Positions 56,197 through 64,000 of a stretch of 64,000 nucleotides of DNA are shown here, in pieces. How positions within the stretch are numbered: the stretch's first letter is position 1; each line of letters starts with the position of its first letter. The DNA lies in the NCBI GenBank assembly GCA_964016885.1, contig OZ024742.1, forward strand, positions 36,580,001-36,644,000, given 5' to 3'. Made by a program: the position numbers and the translations under genes. The stretch is from Eledone cirrhosa (lineage: Eukaryota). The notes beneath the pieces are model-generated. The model did no database searches, was not told the origin of the DNA, and was given only the letters and a program-made list of their open reading frames with translations.

Positions 56197-56399
56197 CCCT
56201 TTTGATATCAAACCGTCCCTGATTCTATGACGCCAAACTCTTTTAAAGAGTTTAAATTTACCTAAAAATCTTCCATCGTAATATTATATTAGAACTTTCG
56301 TTAAGGTATGTTCCAAACACCAGCTGAATAATAAGAAAGTTAAACTCTTGCTTATTTTTTCAAAAATAATTGAATATTAGAAATATTGTATTGAAACGG
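56197..56399. mobile_element. Degenerate TTAA-flanked MITE inserted in a SINE head
   Basis: 'ttaa-cccttttgatatc..gtattgaaacgg-ttaa'; removal restores SINE-like 'gtggtggttaagag..ccggttcaatccc'. Confidence 0.55.
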
Positions 56400-56624
56400 T
56401 TAAGAGGGTCGTTCAGTTCGCAATAACATGATTTCCGGTTCAATCCCATATGCACAGCAACGCGATCTTAGACACGTGTTGGCTTCGTCCACTACAGCCT
56501 TGAGTCGATCAACCAACGACATTTGAGTGAAATTTGGTAGACGGAGAGGGTGTGGTAAGAAGACTTTCAATGCGAGAGAACTTTCTTGTTTTGAGGGTGA
56601 TACAATCAGATCCATGCCGAAGAC

Positions 56625-56955
56625 TAAATGTGAAATTTAGACGTGTCTACAGTTGATAATAAGCCCAAGGTAGATGTGAAATGTAGGTTACAATTGCTGG
56701 TGTTAAATCCAGGCCAGATGTGAAATTTAGACATGTGTACAGTTGATAATAAGCCCAAAGTGGATGTGAAATGTAGGTTACAATAGCTAGTGTTAAATCT
56801 AGGCCAGATGTGAAATTTAAGTCCCAAATGCTGGTAATAGGCCGAAGCCAGATGTGAAATATTCGTCGCTAAAGCTTGTAATAGGCCCAGATCAGATATG
56901 AAACATCGATCTTCAAAACCGATAATAGGCTCAAGTCAGATATGAGATGTAGGTA
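56625..56955. repeat. Diverged tandem repeat, 8 units of 44-46 bp, conserved (C)AGATGTGAAAT
   Basis: ATGTGAA/ATATGA at 56628, 56674, 56718, 56764, 56808, 56852, 56896 and 56940. Confidence 0.8.
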
Positions 56956-57714
56956 ACATAATATTCCAGTAATCAATGTTAAATATATATGGTATATATA
57001 TGTGGCAGAAATTCTTGCTATTTCCTTTGTTTTTTACTTCATTACTTAGTTTCCCTTATAAAGGTACAACCAAACTATGTAAAATTTTAACAATATCTTT
57101 TCCAAGGGCGGTGTTCCAGCATGGCCTCAGCCGGATGGCTGGAACAGGTAAAAGAGTCAAAGAGTATATGTAATGGATTAGAAGTATATATTTGTATAGA
57201 TAATGTACAAATGTTTTGCAGCCAGCACATAAAAGAAATTATAGTGTACACAAGAAAATGTGCGCTTGAAAAGGTTAATGTCCTGAAATAATATACATTA
57301 TAGCAGATGAATTCGAGCGCAGGAGAAATTGCCTTGTTGTATTTGTTCCAGTTCACTACGTTCCGTGGCGGTTAACTTTGCCTTTCATTCTTTTGCAGTA
57401 GATAAAGTAAGTACCCATTCCAAGACGGTGAACTTGTGAAATTGTGAAAGTGTCGGGCGAGATGCCTTGTGGTATTTGTTCCGTGGCTTTGCGTTCACTG
57501 TGGTTTACTTGAGTGGTGCGCTGAATCATTAACCCGGCTTAACGTCTCCATCGACCCTCATCAGCTGCCAACTATACGTTTGTACGATTTCAACACATAA
57601 AGCAGGACTGTAACCAAATTAGCGAAACCAATGGTAATGCAGGAATATGTCAAACTGTTAAATCATATATTCACCTTCCACAGTATGTGACGATTACGTT
57701 TTTCATTCGTTCGT

Positions 57715-57753
<39 letters not shown>

Positions 57754-57765
57754 ACACACACACAC

Positions 57766-57838
<73 letters not shown>

Positions 57839-57964
57839 AAAGTTTTATTTAAAATGTTGGGTTACAACGAGTAAATATTTTATAACTGATATAAAAGCAC
57901 TCAACAAGTTTTGGAGTATTTTACGATATTAAACAAATGGAAATTACATTTATAAAACCATATT

Positions 57965-58030
57965 TATTTCATTATATATATTTCAGGGATATCATATTAA
58001 AAATATGGTATGCCCTCTTCAGACAAAATA
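57965..58030 (-). ncRNA. Minimal type I hammerhead ribozyme (inverted copy)
   Basis: Reverse complement of 58161-58226. Confidence 0.8.
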
Positions 58031-58160
58031 CAATATATAGACAGTTTTATAAATAAATTTGACATACCTTAGAGTTTACAACTTCCATTAACAACTTTTT
58101 TAATGGAAGTTGTAAACTCTAAGGTATGTCAAATTTATTTATAAAACTGTCTATATATTG

Positions 58161-58226
58161 TATTTTGTCTGAAGAGGGCATACCATATTTTTAATATGAT
58201 ATCCCTGAAATATATATAATGAAATA
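58161..58226 (+). ncRNA. Minimal type I hammerhead ribozyme
   Basis: UAUUUUGU-CUGAAGA-GGGCAUACCAUAUU(UUU)AAUAUGAUAUCCCU-GAAA-U(AUAU)A-UA-AUGAAAUA. Confidence 0.85.
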
Positions 58227-58287
58227 AATATGGTTTTATAAATGTAATTTCCATTTGTTTAATATCGTATATATATATATATATATA

Positions 58288-58420
58288 TGAAGGCGTGTGG
58301 CCGAGTAGTTAGAGAATTGTATTCGCAATCGTGAAGTTGTGAATTTGAATCATGGACCAGGCGATGTGTTATGTTCTTGAGCAAAACACTTTATTTCACG
58401 TTGCTCCTTCTACCTGGAGT
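58288..58420 (+). mobile_element. tRNA-derived SINE head with CORE-like domain
   Basis: A-box-like 'tggccgagtagttagag', B-box-like 'gaatttgaatc', then 'gttcttgagcaaaacactttatttcacgttgctcc'. Confidence 0.65.
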
Positions 58421-59287
58421 TGCGACCGATAGATAGTATTACCAATTGGAAAGACCAACGGAAACATTGATTCCTCGGTCCGATTTGACGAAAGTTGATC
58501 GACTGTGTATATATATATATATACTTCCTTTTTTAATTTGTTTTGCAAGATTTCTTGTGTGTTATCGAACCAACCAACCAATCGGAAATTCATAATAAAT
58601 TGAAGTGAAAACCAACAGGTGCATGTGTTTTTATTGGCAGCATGACCCTCCCAAAGTATAACAATATCTGTTTCAAAACACGTTTTAGGATAATAAATCT
58701 TGCAAAACAAATTCAAATACGAAGTATACATATATATATATATATGTGTGTGTATTTTTGTGTACATACATGACAGGATCTGATTAATTGAAGCTCGACT
58801 GAGTTATTGTTTTTGTTTACCAATCAAATTTTAAAAGTAATTACATCCATATTACAATACACAATACAACATCCCTTCTGGACAATGTGATATTTACGTC
58901 ATATATCTCACAGCCTTCGTTTAAATCTGTAAATTGGTATTTATCGAAGTGTGAGTGGGTAGAGCGTATTGCTAGTATATACATACATACAGATTTCTTT
59001 ATTAGCCACAAGAGCGCACAAGAAACGGGGACAAAACAAAGACATGCCGGGGATTTTACATACAATCGTGAACAAAAAATATGAAACAAATAATTATAAC
59101 ATTCGAATGTGATATTTACGTTCATATATCTCACAGCCTTCGTTTAAATCTGTAAATTGGTATTTGTCGAAGTGTGAGTGGGTAGAACGTTGAAGTTGAG
59201 AGCTGTGTTCGTTTCTATTTAAATCTATGATTTGATTTTTTTATTTTTTTTATTTTCATACATATTGCTAGTATATACATACATACA

Positions 59288-59978
59288 AATTTCTTTATTA
59301 GCCACAAGAGCGCACAAGAAAAGGGGACAAAACAAAGGCATGCCGGGGATTTTACATACAATCGTGTAAAAAAAATATAAAACAAATAATTATAACAATC
59401 GAAATCCCCAATAGGGGGGAGGCTCCACAAATGGGTTGTTTAATATCCCGTCTATAGAACAACTCTCAACTTCAGGAGCGTGTTGTGCAAGTGCTCCTTT
59501 CTTCCTTTTGCTCTCTCCTTCAATCTACAGGTTTATATACAGAGAAGGCCAATCACTTGGGCCATTTTTGCCACATTCACCCACTTTTCAGTAAATTTAC
59601 TGGGGTGCAGTGCCTCTCTCTCTCCACTCTGATTCTCCTTTTAAAGTGGTATCTAAAGAAGGGAATGAGTTGTTGTCCGGAGAGAAAGGCATCTGTCCTC
59701 AGTCCTCTCAATCTCGTCCACCATATAACCTCTTTCACCATAGCCACTATACAGAGGAAAACCGCCTCTCTTTCGTTTTTCAAAGAAGTTGGCGGTTTGA
59801 TCCTTACTATGGACTCGGTAGTCAACTGGATTTGTCCCATACGCGACAGCAGTTGTTCCGCGTAGTTCCACAGATATGTTACGCCCGGGCAGTGTACAAT
59901 TGCGTGCAGGACGGTTTCAATGTCCTGCGCGCATCTTGGACACGTCCTCTTGGAAGGATCCGTGCCTGTAGATCTTAT
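59288..59978 (-). mobile_element. 5'-truncated Tx1-like LINE
   Basis: Peptides 'IKPPTSLKNEREAVFLCIVAMVKEVIWWTRL' homologous to ORF 60772-61641; its 3' tip is duplicated at 58990-59100. Confidence 0.85.
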
Positions 59979-60006
59979 AGATAGATAAATAGATAGATAG
60001 ATAGAT

Positions 60007-60516
60007 ATCTTTCTTTATTTGCCACAGGGGCGTACAAAAATGGGACATTACAAGACGTGACGGCGGGGGTTTTACATAAAAATAACTTTAACATTAATAA
60101 ATAACAATAAACTATATATAATAAATAACAATTAAAATCCCCAGTAGGGGGGAACGTTACTGCAGGGTTGTTTTACACCCCGTGGATAGAACAACCCTCA
60201 ACACCAGGAACACGTTTTGTAGGTGTTCCTGTCTTCTCTCTGTTTACCTTCCTCAACCTACAGGTTTATATACCGAGAAGGCCCATTCACTCGGGCCATT
60301 TTTGCCACATTCACCCACCTTTCAGCGAATTTACTGGGGTGTAGCACCTCACTCTCCACTCTCACCTTCCTTCTGAAGTGGTACTTAAAGAAGGGGATAA
60401 GTTGTTGTCCGGAGAGAAAGGTGTTTGCCCTCAGTCCTTTTAACCTGGTCCACCATATTACCTCTTTCGCCATAGCCACCAGACAGAGGAAAACTGCCTC
60501 TCCTTCGTTCTTAAAT
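60007..60516 (-). mobile_element. 5'-truncated Tx1-like LINE
   Basis: Peptide 'KNEGEAVFLCLVAMAKEVIWWTRLKGL'; (GATA)n on both sides. Confidence 0.85.
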
Positions 60517-60529
60517 ATAGATAGATAGA

Positions 60530-63500
60530 TATGTTTCTTTATTAGCCACAGGGGCACAAAAGAAGGGGACAAATACAAAGGGGGAAGTTTACACACAATA
60601 AAAACGTGTAAAATATTATCACAAATGTAAGTTAAAAGTTAATCGATTTTCCCCAATAGAGGGAGACATTTCATATGGGTAACACATACCCCCGAAAACA
60701 AATGTGCAACCCTCATCTCCAGGAGTACGAAGAGTTTGTACCCCTTTCCTCTCTTCCTCCTTTTCCTCAACCTACAGGCTGATATAGAGAGAAGGTCCAT
60801 TCACTCGAGCCATTCTCGCCACTTTCACCCACCTTTCATAAAACTTGCTGGGGTGCAACACCTCTCTCTCCATCCTGATTCTTCTTCCAAAGTGGTATTT
60901 GAAAAAAAGAACCAGTTGTTGGCCGGAGAGAAAGGTGTCTGACCTCAGCCCTTTCAACCTTGTCCACCATACAACCTCTTTCGCCATAGCTATCACACAA
61001 CGGAAAACCGCCTCTCCTTCGTTTTTGAAGGAGGGTGGTGGTTTGATCATGACAATTGACTCGGTGATCAACCGGATTGGTCCCACGCGCGACAATAGTC
61101 GTTCTACATAGACCCACAGGTCAGTGACGCCCGTGCAGTGTATGAATGCGTGCACGACGGTTTCCTCGTCGCGCACGCATCTCGGACAAATCTTTTTCGA
61201 AGGGTCCCTGCCAGGGCACCCGTGTCTGTAGAGCTTGTCTCGAACTGGTAGAGCTCCTCGGTAGCACTGCCAGGCCAGGCACTTTTGGAAGTTGTCCATC
61301 AGTCCCGGGTGGAAGGTTCTACCGAACAGACTGGTCAGTTCGTCTTCCTCCACGCCCAGAGTTTCTCCGAGCGCGTCGTCGCGCTTGTTGCGGATCAACC
61401 CTCTATAGAATGATGAAGTGGAGTCTCCACTGATCGCCGGGTCCGCCTGCCAGAGGGCTGTGAGCGCCTTAGCACATTCGATGTGCCAGTCACCCATTTT
61501 CCTCGGTCTTTGCTTGACCCAGGATTGCAGCTCGGTCAGCGAGACGAGTCGTGGGAATGCTCGCCTCACGAACGGGGCCCACACCGGTTGTCCGGTGAGG
61601 AATACGTGGAGGTGCCGCAGCCTGAGCGCGTGTTTGCGCATCGTCAGTCACGGCATCCCCAGCCCTCCGTTTGAAGGGTGTTGGCAGCAGATGGATCTTC
61701 TCACCAAAGGAGCCCGCTTCTTCCAAAGGAATTGGAAGAGCGCGCGCTCCATTTTGGTGATCGTTTTAGCTGGACAAGACACGACGGTCAAGCGGTAGTA
61801 GATGACGGACGCTATAAAAGTGTTCGCCACCTCCGCTCGACCTTGCAAGGATAGTTTGCACTCGGCCCGCTTCTGGGTGAGTGCAAACACCTTGGCAGTC
61901 ACTTCGTTCTAGTTCTTCTCCACCTAGAGGTCCGGACCAAACCAGACCCCGAGCAGCTTTACCGGTCCTTCCGTCCAGCGTCCAACGACGCCATCGGAAG
62001 GCATCGGGTGCCTCTCCACGATCCGAGTTGCAAACCGATGGACTTGTCCCGGTTCAGCTTCGCTCCTGTGAGCCTTTCGTATTCCTCCAGTAAGGTCCCG
62101 ACCTCCTCGATTTGCAAGGTGCTCGACACCATTACTGTCACGTCGTCGGCGTAGGCCGACGCCGCTTTCCGCAGTCCCGGTTCCAGAGGGATGCTCTTCA
62201 ATGGTTCCAACTTCCGCAGTAGTAGCTCGAGAGTCAGTACGTACAGAAGGGAGGAGAGAGGGCATCCCTGTCGAATGGATCGCGTGATATGTAACGGCTC
62301 TGAGAGGTAGCCGTTCACTTTGACCCTTGAGCAGATGTTGCTGTTGTGCATTGCAGCAATCCAGCCCCTGAACACGGGTCCGAAGCCTACCGCCTCGAGC
62401 ACTGCATCCAAGTAACGATGGTCAACCCTATCGAAATCCTTAGACTGATCCAAGTTGATCAGGGCTCCACCTATGCTGGGTTTACACCCTACCCTCTCTA
62501 TGATGTATCGCATGAGCTGGAGGTTGTCGTGTATGGACCTGGTCGGGATTGCGCATGTCTGCGCTTCTCCCACCATGTTCTCGACGACAAGCGCCAGCCT
62601 CTTTGCCAACACCTTGGCCAAAATCTGTAACTGTGTGTTTAGCAGAGTTATGGGCCGGAAGTTGTTAATTTCGTCATCCCCCTTATTCTCGTCCTTCCTG
62701 ACTAGTGTGACTACGCCCCTGGTCACAGAACTGGAAATTCTCCCGTTCTGCTGCCAGTTGCAGTAGACCGCTTCCAGGAGACCGGAGAATAAGTCCGGCA
62801 TTGCTACGTAAAATTCGTAGGTAGACCGTCGAGACCTGGAGATTTGCGTTTGCCGCATTGGCTCAGCCCGTCCCCTATCTCAACGGCTGAAATCGGCTTT
62901 TCGCAAAACTTCGCCTCGCTGTCCGAGAGTCGCGGTAGGCCGTCAAGGTATGGACCGAAATCCATAGCCCCTCCCGGCGCGCCGCCCTGCCTGAACAGCT
63001 GAGCAAAGTGCCGCTGAAAGGCCGCGCACATCTGCTTCGGCTCACGTATCACGCGTCTGTCTTGGTCCCTCAAAGACGGAATCGTGGACTTGTTGCCACT
63101 TTTCGCCTCCGTCACCCGGGCCCAGCTAACAGCTTTGGCTTCCTCGTTACCCAGAGCACGTATTTTGCTTCTGACAACGCAGCCCTCGTGATTTGCGTCG
63201 AAGAGCTGGTCCAAAGCCGTTCTCGTTGCTATCACGCTGGCTACGTTGCCACTTCTAATTGCCTCTTCTACTTTATCTACCAATTCCTTCTCGGTCCTAT
63301 TTCTATCTAACGCTAATTCTTTACTAAAAACTAACGAGTCTAATCTAACTGCCCTCTTGAGAGAGTACCACCATCTGTTGTTGACAATGGCCCCTGTCAA
63401 GTGCTGTTTAAGTAAAGTGCTAATCCATCTACTGTAGGCTTTGCATGTCGGTATCGACAAGTTCAGCTTCCAGTAGCCGGTCCTTGTCTATGGGTTCTAT

Positions 63501-64000
63501 CAAGGTTGACCACTCAGGTCACTAATTTGTGATCTGAATAGGCAACCATGAACATTTGTGGACAGCTTAACATGTCCCTATCCTTATTTCTAACTAGAAC
63601 CCTATCTAGGTACGATCTAGATGTTCCGCTACGATTAGTCCACGTCCACAGTGGCAGTCGGAAAATCTAGTCGATATCTATCGGCCAGGTCTAATCGGCC
63701 GATTAACTGTTTGAGGCTGTTACGCACCCTTTTATCGGGTCTAGCCGTTTCAAGAAGTCTGGCCGCGGTGTCCCGGATGGGGCATATGCGGCCACCAGCC
63801 TGAAGGCTCCACCTTCACTACCGTCAACGTCTAGGACCACCAGTCGACCCTCCGGGTCCAGATGGACCGTCTGTGTTACGAGGTCCAGGTGTTTCCGCAG
63901 CAAAACGGCAACCCCGCCCCCAACTCCCGGCTGACAGAGAGATGCGTAGATCTCAAAGTCGTCGAAGATGGGGGCCAGCTGTCGCTCGCTGTGAATCCTG
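60530..64000 (-). pseudogene. Tx1/L1-clade non-LTR retrotransposon ORF2 (APE endonuclease - reverse transcriptase - C-terminal CCHC), frameshifted, running off the window edge
   Basis: APE pieces 'DPEGRLVVLDV..FRLVAAYAP'; RT 'KSPGLDGLP', 'NFRPITLLN', 'LDQSKDFDRVDH', 'RQGCPLS', 'AYADD'; 'CPRC..ETVVHAFIHC'; 3' UTR with AATAAA; split over at least 5 frames. Confidence 0.92.

Larger units (their letters stand above)
57835..58269 (-). mobile_element. Penelope-pLTR-like fold-back element, 170-bp inverted arms (57922-58091 / 58100-58269)
   Basis: No mismatches seen between arms; 8-nt loop; hammerhead in each arm; (TA)n both sides. Confidence 0.8.

Noticed and set aside
57922-58269. Long hairpins as miRNA precursors or foldback DNA transposons
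   Set aside because: Arms are far longer and more perfect than pre-miRNAs, are asymmetric with a unique tail on one side, and contain hammerhead cores, which fits inverted pLTRs better

Overview
Eukaryotic, repeat-dominated genomic DNA. The dense (TA)n/(CA)n/(GGT)n microsatellites and the SINE content suggest an octopus or other cephalopod (inference). The only credible host gene is a single-exon PH-domain ORF (15532-16029, +). The middle 19.7 kb is a 41-bp satellite array with nested higher-order duplications. The rest is transposon debris: a DD37D (maT) Tc1/mariner interrupted by an RTE fragment with a 12-bp TSD, MITEs, tRNA-derived and RTE-related SINE-like elements, and a head-to-tail pile of Tx1/L1-like LINEs, nearly all sitting in (GATA)n tracts. 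The most notable hidden signal is a set of short non-coding elements embedded in (TA)n tracts. They carry complete type I hammerhead ribozymes (eight intact-looking cores from four sequence families, plus half or degenerate copies), often as long fold-back inverted repeats, and share a second ACTC..GAGT hairpin. This matches the Penelope-like pLTR / retrozyme-type architecture. Most ORFs in the supplied track are microsatellite artefacts. All folds and coordinates were read by eye; nothing was computed or searched.
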